From contig NC_092370.1 in assembly GCF_030028105.1 (NCBI RefSeq), positions 82,294,969-82,358,968 of the forward strand: a DNA stretch of 64,000 nucleotides. The letters run 5' to 3'. The position numbers and the translations under genes are program-made. How positions within the stretch are numbered: the stretch's first letter is position 1; every line of letters starts with the position of its first letter. This document shows positions 37,812 to 51,092 of this stretch, piece by piece. This DNA comes from Mobula birostris. Lineage: Eukaryota. A model generated the notes under the pieces. It was not told the origin of the DNA. It made no database searches and saw only the letters and a program-made list of their open reading frames with translations.

Positions 37812-38261
37812 GTGAGAGAGTCTTTGGGATTTGTAAGATGTTGGACGAACCCCCTGGCTTAAGTCATCTCAAACAATGTCTCTACTTCCTTCTCATGAAG
37901 TATATTTTGGATTTGACCAAGCTGCAACATGAAAATATATCCAACTCTCCATTGGCTATCTTAAATTTATCTCCTCCAGTTATCAATCCTTCATCAGTAG
38001 AAACACTTTCTCCCTCATAAACCCTTCATCCATGTGAAGCTTCTATTAAATCCAGTTTTGATGGTTATATTGCCAAAATCGCTTTCTAAATCAGGTTATG
38101 GAATATTCAATTCTCTTTTGGATTTTATGCAGTCTTTGAAAATGTTCTTTAATTCTATACAAAACATTCTTAACTCCCAAAAGACATCATTTGCATCAGA
38201 GTGTTTGAAGACCTGCTTGAAATTTATCCCCTTTGTGTGATCACTAGTAACACGCAGGATG

Positions 38262-38462
38262 TGAAAACCTGCAGATGTTGGAATTTAGAGCAACACACAA
38301 AAAATGCTGAAGGAACTCAGTAGGCCAGGCAGCATCTATGGAAAATAATAAACAGTCAATAGTTCGGGCTGAGACACTTTATCAGGACAGGAAAAGAAGA
38401 AGAAGGTGGGGGAAGGGGAGGAAGAAATACAAGGTGGTAGGTGATAGGTGAAACTGAGAGAG
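38262..38462 (-). mobile_element. PLE terminal fragment with a decayed hammerhead
   Basis: Reverse-complement homologue of 12048-12253 plus downstream arm. Confidence 0.7.
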
Positions 38463-39789
38463 GAACAGGAGCCACTTGTGACCTGAGCTTAATGTTTCTC
38501 TAACTCACTGCAAATAGTAGAGACCAAATCCTTCCATTGTTTTAAATTGCAGCAGATGTGTCCTTTAAAATTACATTGTAAAGTGGATTTTGTGTTTTTG
38601 CTGTAACTGCATACAGCCTCTTCTATCAATCCAGACAGCAAGTAAATGAATATTCACGGTGGAGATTTACCTTTTGGGCTCTTTGGAGTTAAGTTTTTAG
38701 AGTTCATCGTTCAGCGACTGCTTTCAAATTAAAGTTCATTTGAGAACATTATGTAGGAGTAAGCTGTAGGCATTTGTAATTGTATATATTCTGGATATGT
38801 AGTTTGAAAAAACAAACCACAGGTGGTCTTCTCTGAAGGGTGGATGATCAAACAGTGGGGTTAGAAGGTGCCTTACACTCATCACTCACTGTTTAACTTT
38901 TGGAAAAGATTAGAAGATGGACTGCAATGCTGTTTCAGTAACTCTGGGCAGAGGAAATGCATTACTGAGATAAAACCAAATGTAAATTAGTTCCATTAGA
39001 ACATTAATAGGAGGAAGCCATGAAGGGTGATGGTCACGACCTGTAAATTAATACATTAACTTGAGTGTATCACATCTAAATAAATACTGGCCAGAACTGT
39101 ATTGGAACAGACTTGCATAGTGCTTTAAGTGCAGTTGATGATGTTAATGCAAGCAATTCTAGCTATTGATGTGACACATACATGGAGTATTTTAATTTAA
39201 GCCTTATTGCTCACATTTCTTGTAGTGATCAGTTATATAGGCATATATGTGGTAATATCAGAATGTTGTGTTAGATAGAAAGTTGAGGAAATAGTCTTGA
39301 ATTAGAGTGTTTGAAGTATGTTGTGATTAACCCCCTTTTATCCAAAAGCGGAAGTGTGTGTTTATCTTTAAAACTGTGACATGTTTCCTTAAGCAGAGTT
39401 TAAGTACTAGTTGATTGACTGATCATCAAGTGATCATGAAACTGGTCTTGAACTGTTGTAAATAGATACAAATGAAATCTGTAACTTCCTAAATAGCTTC
39501 TCGAATAAAGGCATTTCCAGCCACACTGCCCTTCTGAATATAAAATGATGCTCAGGTATTACAGTAAAAGCTAAATTAATTTAAATAGCATCTCACAAAT
39601 TTATCTGAGCTAAAGGTTAATTTTTGAATACATATCATTTTTGCTCCAAAGTAAATCACAGTAGGATCTCTGGGTGTGAAATTGTTGCATATGTCTTTCC
39701 TTTTTCCTCTATTTTCTTGCTATGACCTATGGACTACATTGACCTCTGGCCTAAAAGTAGCATAATTTTATAACTTCCATATGTGTTTC

Positions 39790-41065
39790 ACATGGACGCA
39801 CTTTCGCAAACTCCCACAACCCACCAATGATCCTGTGTTTTCAGTATCTGAGGTGGAAGTGAGAACATCCTTCAGGAGGGTGAACCCACAGAAGGTATCT
39901 CACCCAGGTGAGGTACCTGGCTGAGCAATAAGGACCTGTGCTCATCAACTGGATGGAGTATTCACTGAGATCTGTGACCTCTCGCTTTGGCTTCAATTGT
40001 ACTGGTACCTAAGAAGAACATGATAACCTGCCTCAATGACTGTCTTCCAGTAGAACTTACATCCAGTGATGAAACATATCAACTCTTGCCTGAGAAGCAA
40101 CTTGGATCTCCTCCAATACTTTATAATTTATTGTCGCCAAACAATTGATACTAGAACGTACAATCATCACAGCGATATTTGATTCTGTGCTTTGTGCTCC
40201 CTGGAGTACAAATCGATAGTAAATATTAAAAATTTAAATTATAAATCATAAGTAGAAAATAGAAAAGGGAAAGTAAGGTAGTGCAAAAAAACCGAGAGGC
40301 AGGTCTGGATATTTGGAGGGTACCGCCCAGATACGGGTCAGGATCTGTTCAGCAGTCTTATCACAGTTGGAAAGAAGCTGTTCCTAAATCTGGCCGTACG
40401 AGTCTTCAAGCTCCTGAGCCTTCTCCCGGAGGGAAGAGGGATGAAAAGTGTGTTGGCTGGGTGGGTCGTGTCCTTGATTATCCTGACAGCACTGCTCCGA
40501 CAGCGTGCGGTGTAAAGTGAGTCCAAGGACGGAAGATTGGTTTGTGTGATGTGCTGGGCTGTGTTCACGATCTTCTGCAGCTTCTTCCGGCCTTGGACAG
40601 GACAACTTTCATACCAGGTTGTGATGCACCCTAGAAGAATGCTTTCTACGGTGCATCTATAAAAATTAGTGAGTGTTTTAGGGGACAGGCCAAATTTCTC
40701 TAGCTTTCTCAGGAAGTAAAGGTGGTGGTGGGCCTTCTTGGCAGTGGACTCCGCTTGGTTGGACCAAGTCAGGTCATTTATGATATTGACCCCAAGGAAC
40801 TTAAAGCTTTTGACCTGTTCCACTTGCGCACCACCAATGTAAATGATCACCCTTTTCTATTTTCTATTTATGAATTATAATTTAAATTTTTGATATTTAC
40901 TATCGATTTGTACTCCAGGGAGCGCGAAGCGCAGAATCAAATATCACTGTGATGATTGTACATTCTAGTATCAATTTGCCTACTGGCACAATAGGTCCAC
41001 AGCAGGTGCCATTTCATTGGTTCTTCACCCGACCTTGGAACATCTGGACAGCTAAGATTCATACA
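39790..41065 (+). mobile_element. Older Rex1/Babar RT fragment, split by a younger antisense Rex insertion
   Basis: SVSEVEVRTSFRRVNPQK...PKK....CLND; LDLLQ|FAY resumes after 40976. Confidence 0.7.
40118..40976 (-). mobile_element. Young Rex1/Babar 3' insertion with an inverted copy of its own 3' UTR at the 5' junction
   Basis: Intact 170-aa C-terminal ORF at 40338-40850; 40850-40976 is the reverse complement of 40143-40269. Confidence 0.9.
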
Positions 41066-42065
41066 TGAGAATCAAATTCCAAAGTACATTTATTATCGAA
41101 GTATGTATACATTATACAACCTTGAGATTCAGCTCCTTACAGATAGCCACAAAACAAAGAAACCCAATGCAACTGGTTAAAAAAAGACCATCAAGCACAC
41201 AACGTGCAGAAAACAAAAACAAATCATGTAAACAATGAAAGCAAACAAACAACTGAAGTTCACAAATGTGAGTCCACAGCGACAAAGCCAATCATCACTG
41301 CAAACGATTCAGCAGTCCATTAGTTGCAGGGCACAGGCTCATCTCAGCGCAGAGATGAGTGAACCTTGCAGAGCAGTGAGCTAAACTGACCCATCCCGTG
41401 CCTCCGGCCCTGACACCCTGTCCTTTTCAATTTGGCCTGAACTTTAAATGGCCTAAACTTTGGGTAATTTCTTGCTTAACCTATGGTCTCAGTTTTAAGG
41501 ACTTCATCTCATGTTCTTAATATTTATTACTTATTTATTTATTATTATTGTTATTATTTCTTTTTTTCTTTCTTTTTGTGTTTGTACAGTTTGTTATCTC
41601 TTGCACACTGGCTGTCTGCCCTTTTGGTGTGGTTTTTCATTGATTCTATTATGGCTATTGGATTTATTGAGTATGCCCACAAAAAATGAATCTCAGGTTT
41701 TTTATGGTGACATAAATACACTTTGATAATAAATGTACTTTGAACTTCGAAACTTCCATGCCTGTTTGTCATGGATAAAAGCAGAACAGCAGAGAAGTTG
41801 AAAATTTAACATTAAAACATAAACCAAAATTCTCAAGCTGGTCAGGCAGTATCTATAGAGAGAGATACTGAGTTAATGTTTTAAATCACGGACCTTTCTT
41901 TGGAACTGAGAAAAGCTAAAGCTAAAATAAGGTTTAAGGTACAGAGGAAGGAGAGGAGAGAGCAGCCTTAGTTGGAATTGAAAAAGAGAGAAATTGCCTT
42001 TAAACTCACGAGAGAGCATAGGCCATCAACTTTTTGCTGTTGATGTTTTTGTAGCAGGCAATTTA

Positions 42066-42202
42066 TTTTTTACGAGGTCAAGTTGCTAGCTCAACGCTCA
42101 ACCCAGCATGGATGGAAAGCGCGCACAAGAGCCAGCTGGATTCGAACTCAGGACCTTCCACCCCAAAGTCTAGCGCTGATGACACTACTCCACCAGCCGG
42201 CT
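42066..42202 (-). mobile_element. Short tRNA-derived SINE
   Basis: Minus strand has A-box-like TGGTGGAGTAGTG and B box GAGTTCGAATCC, then gggttgagcgttgagctagcaacttgacctcgtaaaaaa. Confidence 0.7.
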
Positions 42203-43134
42203 AGTTGGGATTGAATGAAGTCAAATTTATTCTCACATGCACAAGTATAGTGCATGTACACTGAAGCAGCTTCACAGGTTCAGACACCACAAAGAATATA
42301 GTTTGCTGAAGTTTTACAATGAAGTGAAGAAAAGGGACTATGCAAAACAAGCCATCAGTGCAAAACTGCACAATCAGAGACAAGTCTGCTGTAGTGCAAG
42401 TGGTAGTCCATTGCTTAATGCAGAAGAGACTAAATAGCAGGAAGGATGATGGGCATAGGGAAGTGAAGCATGCAAAGAAGTAAAGGACAGGCCAAGTGGA
42501 TGTGTCCGTGCGAATACAAGAACTTATGTTAACATTTACCATCAAAGGTAAATAAAAGAGCGAAGGTAAATAGAAGAGCAATGATCTGAATTTGTTGAAT
42601 TCAGTGCTGTTAAGCCAGTTGTAAAATGCCTTCCTGGAGCTTACTTTATGTTTATTGGGACAGTGGAAGAAGGCTAAGAACAAAAGGTCAGAGATAGTCA
42701 GATGAAGAGTTAATTTAGTGGGTGTGTTTAGTTTGTACACTGCTCTCCTGTGGGTGTTCTTATTAAGAGTCTACTGAAAAATCCTAATATATTAGTTTCC
42801 TTTCATTTATTAAAAAATATTCTCATGGATATCTAAAAGATTAGTCAAACATAATTTCCCTCATTTCAATCCATGTTGATTCTGCTTAATTATATTATTT
42901 AGCAAGGGTCTTGCTGTTACACTTGATCACCTCCTTCCCTCCCACAAGAAGGTTGTTCCAGATCATGGCTCGACCCAGCCTTTCCAATCTTGAGCAGACT
43001 CCTGCCCATTATATATGTGGTATTATGTACTTTCTACTCCTTCATTTTCTAGGCTTGTTGCTGATTTCTCAAGCTCTGACCATTGCCCATCAACCATCCA
43101 TTTACACTCATCCTACATAAATTCCATTGTTTAT

Positions 43135-43360
43135 TATTACCACATTCTCATCAACTCCTCCCAGATTCTTACCACACAACTTCACATGAGAGGCAATTTA
43201 CTGTGACCAACCTGCACAGCTTTGGGATGTGGGTGGAAACTGAAGAATGTTAAAAAAAAACCCAGATTCTCACAGGGAAAATGAGAAAACTCCGCACAAA
43301 AGCTCTAGAGATCGAACATGGGCAGTTGGGATTGTCAGATTAGCTGTGTCACCATGCAGA
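43135..43360 (-). mobile_element. Decayed V-SINE
   Basis: tttgggatgtgggtggaaact...cacagggaaaatgagaaaactcc is the reverse complement of the V-domain. Confidence 0.6.
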
Positions 43361-44749
43361 CCAACTTTGACAAAATTCTTTAATACCAATTTTTCTGTTG
43401 TCCTCTTTGGACATTCTGTTAGTGAGTAGAAACATGTTTGTGATCTTCTTTGGGAGCTGAGGAACTGACAGTTCAAGTTAGAGCCACAGAGAAAGTTTAA
43501 ACCCAGTTGTGGATGCTATCTTGAGGTTTAAATTACTATCTTTATCTCCTTCCCTGATATAAATTGAGGAAGCTGGGTCACATTAACACTGAGCTACATA
43601 TCTCCTGTGAACACATTTGAGATGCAGTCAGAATTGGAATGAAATATGTTTTGTTATAGTCCATGGTGATGGTATTAGTTCTATCATGTGTAAAGCTGAC
43701 TGAAATTTTAGTTTTGAGAAATCAGCTGTGTTGTAACAAATTTGAAATTATAAGCAGTAGCTTTTTGTCATTCAGAAATGGTAAACATATGTAGTGAGGA
43801 GTCTTGATTCCTTATTTGAGAGAGAAAAAGCAAGGATTGTTGTTATTTTCTTTCTGCTTTGTTTTTACCTCTCTTCTGTCAACCTTTTCATCTCCCTATC
43901 TCTCTCTGTCTTTGACTCTCTCTGTCCCTCTCTTTCTTTCTATGTCTCTTTCCATCTCACTGTGCTTTGGTTGCTCTCCTTTTGAATCAGACATTAATTA
44001 AAACCCCCATTTATCTTCTCAATTGAATGTAAATAGTAATCAATAAAATGTAGAAAATGGAAATTTGAAATAAAAATGCAGGAAACACTCACCATGTCAG
44101 GTATAATCTGTGGAAGGAAAAATGTTGCATTTCTGAGAAGGTTTATTGGTTTGTAGTTCACAAATACTGAGTGTATTCAGCAGTTTCTGTTTTTATTATG
44201 AATGTATAAGTTTCAAGAGGAATTGTCTCAAAATTTTAGCCAACATTTATTCTTCAAACAACACTCTATATATTTATTTATCTGAAAGGTATTTATGGGT
44301 TATTGCTTTGCCAATAGTGATTGTGAATCTCTGGTGATCCCAGATGATCATGTAGGTTGAAAGGGCTAGAGATATTTAATCTCTAAATATCTCTATTAGA
44401 AAGATATTTAGGCTTTCAAAATATTGGAGGATTTTAGGACTATGGAGAACAGTTACACAAGAAGACATGAGGCCCCCACCGTTATCCCACTGAATGGTGG
44501 AGCCTGATAGAAGGGCCAGTTGGTCTTCTGTTGCTTCTACTTTCATATATCATTGAAGCTATGACTATACTTCAGAAATAACTCCATTATGTACAACATT
44601 TTGGGACATCTCTGAATTGTGAAATTACTTTTTAAATTCCTGTCTTCTGTATGACACTTTACTATCTTGCATGCAGCTTTACGTATTACTCCATAAGTTG
44701 TGAACCATCCTTCAGAGCAATGGGTACCTATCAATTTTCTGCAGTTTAA

Positions 44750-45150
44750 TCTGAGTTTTACAGAAAGATTGAATAGGTTAGGACTTTATTCCCTAGAGAA
44801 CAGGAGAATGAGGGGTATAGATGGGGTAAATGCATGCTGGCTTTTTCCTCTGAGGTTTAGTGATACTAGAACTAGAGGGTGAGGGTGAAAGGTGAAATAT
44901 TTAAGGGGGATCTGAGGGGAAACTTCTTTACTCAGAAAGTGGTGCAAGTGAGGAATAAGCTGCCAGCAGAAGTGATAGAAGCGGGTTTAATTGTAACATG
45001 TAGGAGAAGTTTGGATAGGTAAATAGATCAAAGAGGTTTGGAGGGATATGCTGTAGGTGCAAGTAGATGGGACTAAACAGAAGATTGGGTCAGCATGGAC
45101 CGTGGGCTGAAGGGCCTGTTTCCATGCTGTTGTGCACTATGACTATTACT
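44750..45150 (+). mobile_element. CR1 3' fragment
   Basis: ERLNRLGLYSLE.RRMRG and LRGNFFTQ motifs; CR1 3' UTR. Confidence 0.8.
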
Positions 45151-46239
45151 TTAAAATAATCGTTTGAATTGATCACTTTCAGCAAGGATTGTTTGTAAGC
45201 TTCATGTGTTGGTTGTGGACTAGCCTTATTTGACTTGGCATGCAGATAGAACTTTACTCACATCTCTTCATAAGTTCCTCCCCAAGGGAGTCTCGGAATA
45301 CTTTGTTATACAGAACTTACAATTCCTTCCTTTTATCAAGTCCCACATGCTTCAGAAGTGTATCTTAGATTCCACTTTGCAGATGTAAAGAAAGATCTGT
45401 TTTTACATCAGCAGCTAAATTCTTATGAAATTCAAGTCAACTAATTCAAATCTTATGGGGCAAGGGCTCTTGAAAATCCTGCCATGAATCTGGGATTAGC
45501 AAACTAAATTATTTAGTGCTTACTTTACTTGTACCATCTGGTGGAGTACAGTGTAACATCACAACCAAGTTTAGGACCAAATTGAAAGCTTAGTTTAAAT
45601 GAATTATTTTTGGAGATATTTGTAAAATGCTGCTTGAGATAACTTGTTAAAGCACACTAATTGGTTTTGAGGCAAGAGGTCATTAACAGAAGAGGACTTC
45701 CGGAATTATATATTTTTTAAAGCAATAATCATTCCTTCGGTCTCAGTTGAGACCAATTTTAACCCTATAGATGCTATTTGTTACAAGAATTTACAAAGAA
45801 AATCATCATAATAGCAATTCCCCAAAAATAAATTCAGTGACCCCTCCCATCCTGGTTATTCTCTCTTCCTCCCTCTGCCAACAGGCAGAAGATACAAAAC
45901 TTGAAAGCACACACCACCAGACCCAAGGAATGGTCCATTGTTGTCACATGTACCATGACAGCTTCTATCCAGCTGTCATCATGTGAATGGACCACTCATA
46001 TGCTAAAGATGGATTTTTTTCTCCCAATCATGGTTCTTGCACTTCATTTATTTACCTGTATTGCCCTTTCTTTGCAACTCCTATACTATATTTGCATTCT
46101 CCTTTTTTTTTACACTGCTTTGGCGTACTTATGTATGCATGATCTTCTTGGATGGCATGCAAATTTTTTCACTATATCTCAGTATACTTTCAGAAAGTTA
46201 CAAACCAACTCAATTCCAATTCCATAACAAGCCAGTTTA

Positions 46240-46460
46240 AGCAGGAATGTGATAGTGAGTAGGTATTGTGTTTCTATTGATGTTGTTTGAGAGATGACAT
46301 GATGACCAGAGCTCTTTGAGTAGGCCCCCTGTTTATCTTCAACATAGTTGAGTGAGATCTTGAGGTAGAGCACATGAGTCCTCTGTTTAATATCTTACTT
46401 GGAGGACAATACCTCAACCAGTTCAGGACTGCCCCAGTATGTCAGGTTTGATTTTGAGTA
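46240..46460 (-). mobile_element. Ancient Deu-domain SINE (SacSINE1/AmnSINE-like) remnant
   Basis: Degenerate resemblance to the recalled Deu-domain reverse complement (...gagatctt...ctgtttaatatcttacttggaggacaatacctcaac...). Confidence 0.4.
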
Positions 46461-47656
46461 AAAAAAAGCTTCAGTTTATTCTTCAAGAAAAAAAATGCTT
46501 TTTATTGTAATAATAAGTACTTCCATCCTGAGGAGGAATTCAACATAGAGATATGAACAAACAAATGTATAAGTTAGAAATAAATCTCTGGTTCTTTCAG
46601 CCTACTTTGCCATTTAATAAATTCATATTGATTTGCTTGTAAGTGCATTCAGCCTCTTCACACTAAATTTTCACTACCTCTTGCTTATCAAGTATCTAAC
46701 TATCTACCACAACGTTGATTTAAATGCCTTTATGGAAGAGAGTTCCAAAGACTCGTGAGAGAAAAAAATATTTACTTAACTCCGTCTCAGTGAACAGTCT
46801 CATATTTTCAAACTGTGACCCTAGAGTTCTAGATTCTTCCACGAAAGGGAACAGTTTGTTTTTCTTATGCTGAACTTTCTTCGTTTTTCAATTATTTTCT
46901 GTGGCTTTCTTCATACTACATTTCTGTTCTGGATTGAAAAATATGGACACCTGTTTTGCTAAATAATAGATCAAGTTGTTGACTGGCTCGAGGGAATTCT
47001 AGTATAATTAAGTCAGAAGGTTGGGTGATTATTGGAACATTAAATGGGGAAAAAGACCAAGCATATGAGGTAAATTCTTTCAGACAAGGTTTTACTTCCA
47101 TGGGGCAAGATGTGTTTATTCAATCCACAACTGGAAGATGGTTTCACGTTTTGAATATATTAATAAGCCTAAGGAGAGCAGAACTGTCTTTATATACATT
47201 ACTCTTTATGAATCAAGAGGACTTCCAGGCAAAACTACCATATCATTGACATATCACCTTACCCAAAAATATTTGGTGTCCAGGACCATGACCTTCTTGG
47301 GCCATGGATTGGACATTCTTCGTCCCATGGGCTGCTTGACTATTTCCTACCCTACAGGATGCCGGATCTGTCAGTTGGATTGATAAGAGAGTGTGAATCT
47401 CCATAATATACAGAAACCAAGGATTTTGTGCACCACTAACCCACTTTTCTCATCTCTACAACCCATCCCAGTAAATATTTTGACCTTAGTTATTAAGCTG
47501 TAACTCATTTATGGAGTGTACGGAAGGCTGCGTCGAACAATCTGATTTAATTATTTGGAAATGAACTGTGTTTATTTGCCAGTTTGACAACTGGTCTGTA
47601 ACTAAGTTGATGCAGAGGAATAATAACATTGCATTACTATATGTCTTTTTACACAG

Positions 47657-47780
47657 TATTCGTCGTCATCAAGAGCGAAGGGCAATATTAACTCCAATTT
47701 TGACAGACTTCAGTTTGCGAATAACAGCTGCCCCTGCCATTCTTTTTAAAAAACTCTCACCTGAGAATGCACAGACTGAG
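47657..47780 (+). CDS. VPS13B: VPS13B internal coding exon (124 bp)
   Basis: Acceptor tctttttacacAG and donor GAG|GTCAGT. The split codon AG+T gives Ser, then IRRHQERRAILTPILTDFSLRITAAPAILFKKLSPENAQTE. This continues the previous exon and matches human IRRHQERRAILTPVLTDFSVRITGAPA. Confidence 0.96.
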
Positions 47781-48562
47781 GTCAGTAATGTGAGTTTTAA
47801 TGAACTGCTCTCTCTGCCATCTAAAATTATCTAGACTCTCTATCTACTAAAGTTGCTTTGACTTTTCCTTTTTAATCCCCTTTTCCATGTCTGCATGAAT
47901 TTAGTTGTTTTGTCGTCAGTGACCTATAATTTTGTCACAAATCAAGCACTTAGTTATTTGCCCTAAATTTTTGTTGTGGCTTGATGTCAAATTTTACTTG
48001 TTAATATTCTGTTAATTCTCTCAAAGTTAGCAGCATATTTGGTGGACAGTTTTTTATATAAATTCTATTTCTGCATAAAGAAAGATGAGTTCTTCTCTGC
48101 CCAGTTGCTTTATAATTGCATCCAGCTCAACTTACAAAGAATTCCTTTTGCTCTTGGAAGCTGGAGCTACCAAATGAAGTACTCCTGGTTACTCCTTCAC
48201 TAAAAACCAAATGGGGCAAAGATGCTGAAGGAAACTCTAAAAAGTTTCTAAATAGAGATTGAACAAATTTACTTTCATAAGATATATAAGAATTTCAGAA
48301 GTAGGGTGGGTGCAAGAAGTTAATAGATCAACTCTGATCCAACTGACTGCCAGTGGGGAATGAGTCCCATTTCTAAAGTCTGGAAAAATTTTCTATGAAT
48401 TAATAACTGCCTGATATATAGATTTGAATTTACTGCATTTTTATTATATATGTGTCACATATAACCTTTCAAATTGAATTTTGGTATTCTTATTTTGAAA
48501 CATTCATATGACGCTACTATGCAGGAAATCAGATTTTAATGTTATATATAATACCATTGTAG

Positions 48563-48706
48563 GAAATAGTAGTGTGCGGCCATTCACTGGAAGTCAACGT
48601 TACCACAAGTCTGGATTTCTTCCTCAGTGTAGCTCAAGTACAGCTCTTACAACAGCTGATAGAAGCCAATATGCTTGGAGTGGTGGTGTCAGACCAAATG
48701 TCAGAG
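48563..48706 (+). CDS. VPS13B: VPS13B internal coding exon (144 bp, phase 0); absent from the ORF track in this frame
   Basis: Acceptor cattgtAG and donor GAG|GTAAGC. Translates EIVVCGHSLEVNVTTSLDFFLSVAQVQLLQQLIEANMLGVVVSDQMSE, matching human EILVCGHSLEVNITTNLDFFLSVAQVQLLHQLIVANM. Confidence 0.96.
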
Positions 48707-49581
48707 GTAAGCTCATACCTGACTTCAATTTCCTTTCTCATCTTTTGAATTGCATTTACGAAGATGGAAGATGATGCTCAAGCACAGGGATAATGTAAGA
48801 ATCGTGACATTAAATTTGATCCATAACATACAGATTAATAGTGTTGAATTAAGAACAAACCCCAGCTATTGTTCTCCATGCATTAGGTAGAATTTACAGC
48901 ATAGAAGCAGGTCATTCAATCTAACTGGTCTGTGCTGCTGTTTATGATTTTCATTGGAATAAAAATTATGAAAGAAGTTCAACCACAAGTTATTTGCTTG
49001 TGGTTTGAAGGTCTTGATTCACATGAATACTGGTTGCCAGCATTTCAAAAGCTAATGCAAAGAAACAAGCAACAAAGGGGATCCCTGCTGAATGTTCTAA
49101 TGGAAATGTGATCTCATTAGGGACAACTGATGTATGGAGCTGCGAGGTAAACAATGGTCTTTTAAACTATAGCTGACATTAAAAAAATGAAGAATAACAC
49201 AGATTATGCCTTGCAGAATATCACATTACAGTCTCATGCTATGTGTATAGTTTTCTTTTGGAAGCCAGAAAACAACTGGGGAATAAAGTCGGACACTTCG
49301 CACCAATATGATTCACAGATTGTGGTTTTGAACTTTAATTGGAAGGGAGAAGTGTTCTGAATTATAGGACTATGAAAACTTCTCTTTTTTATCAATCAGC
49401 TGTATAGTTTTGTCACGTTTTAGTGTATATTTAAATAATATGTCTGTATGCATTTCTTTACTGTGTAGTTAGCGTACCTGCTTATCATTTGTAATTCTTT
49501 ATATTTCGACAGTAGTTTCAGGTCGGTACCCAAATTAATTTTGACAAAAATTACCTTTCTTTTCCAAATAGCTGAGAAAAA

Positions 49582-50950
49582 TCAGAATCAAATTTATTAT
49601 CTCTGCCATGGCGTAAAATTTGTTGTTTTTGCAGCAGAAGTACAGTCCATAAGACATTAAAATCCATAAGTTGTGAAAAAATAGTGTAAATAAAATGGGA
49701 TAATGGTAGTATTTATGTGTTCATGGACTATTCAGATATCTGATGGCAGAAGGAAACTGTTTCTAAATCATTGAATGTGGATCTTCAGACTCCTGTAACT
49801 CCTTCCCCAAAGGCAGTAATAAGAAGAGAGCATGTCCTGAAATGTCGACTATTTATTCCCCTTCATTGATGCTGCCTGACCTCCATACTGACTTGGTACA
49901 GCCATTTAGAATTCTTTCTGGTGTAAATCTATCGAAATTTATAAGAGTTCTTGGTGATATATCAAATTTCCTCAAACTCCTAATGAATTATAGTCAACTG
50001 GTGTGCCTTCTTTGTGATTGCACCGATGTCTTGGGCCCAGGATAGAATCCCTGAGGTGTTGACACACAGGAGTTCCGTGGTCTTGCTGATGTTGAGTGTG
50101 ACTTTGCTGTTGCGACACCACTCAAGCAGCTGATCTATCTCACTTCTGTGTGCCTACTTGTCACCATCTGAGAGTCTACCAACAGAATGCTGTCATCAGT
50201 ATATTTATAGGTGACACTTGAGCTGTTCTTAGCCATACAGTCATGAGTGTAGAGAAGGTAGAACAATTTGCGAAGCACACATCCTTGAGGTGCACCTGCG
50301 TTGATTGTCAGCAAGGAGGAGATGTTATTTCTGATCTACATTGACTGTTTATCCTGGTGAGGAACTCAAGGATTCAGTTGTAGAGGGAGTTACAGGGGCC
50401 AACATTTTGAAGTTTGGTCAGTAGTACAGAGGGAATGATGATGTTAGACACTGATCTATAATCGATAAACAGCAGCCTGACATGTGTCTTGCAGTTGCCT
50501 AGGTCCTCCAAAGTGAATGGAGAACCAGTAAGATTGCATCCATAGTAGACTTGGAGCATGGCGAGGCAAATTGCAGTGGGTCCAGGTCCATGCTTGGGCA
50601 GCAGTTATGCCAAACCTCTTGAAGCACTTCATTACAGTAGATGGGTGTGCTGCTCACGTGTCTGTTTGTCAGTCTGTGTGTAGTTTTTCATTGATACTAT
50701 TGTATTTCTTTGTCCTACTGTGAATGGCTGCAAAAAAAATGAATCTCAAGATAGTATAATGTGACATATACATACTCTTGGATAATAAATTGACTTTGAA
50801 TTATTGGGCGATAATCATTGAGGCAATTTTTCCTGCTCTTTTTGGGCACCAGAATGATTGCAGCCCTTTTGAAGCAGGTGAGAAACAGCCAACTGGTTGG
50901 CACAGGTTTTTAATACCCGCGCAGATACGCAGCCAGGGCCCAATGCCTTG
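49582..50950 (-). mobile_element. Decayed Rex1/Babar RT fragments with small nested pieces
   Basis: ILVPKKSRKNCLNDYRP, HVRLLFIDY and FNxIIPS motifs; 3' UTR with (ATTCTG) tail near 49582. Confidence 0.75.
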
Positions 50951-51092
50951 TGAGGGTTCACCCTCTTGAAGGATACTTGGTTATCAGAGGGTCACCTGAT
51001 GCTGTTGAGATTTGCACCAATGTTATTTTCCCTTTCAAAGTGTTCATGAAAGGCATTGAAGCTCATCGGCAAGTGAAGCATCATTACCATTT

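Noticed and set aside
42201-42740. 179-aa minus-strand ORF
   Set aside because: Low-complexity, F/L-rich translation of AT-rich DNA that runs into a LINE tail, with no motif support.
48508-48774. 88-aa ORF overlapping the third exon
   Set aside because: Wrong frame; the VPS13B frame starts at 48563.
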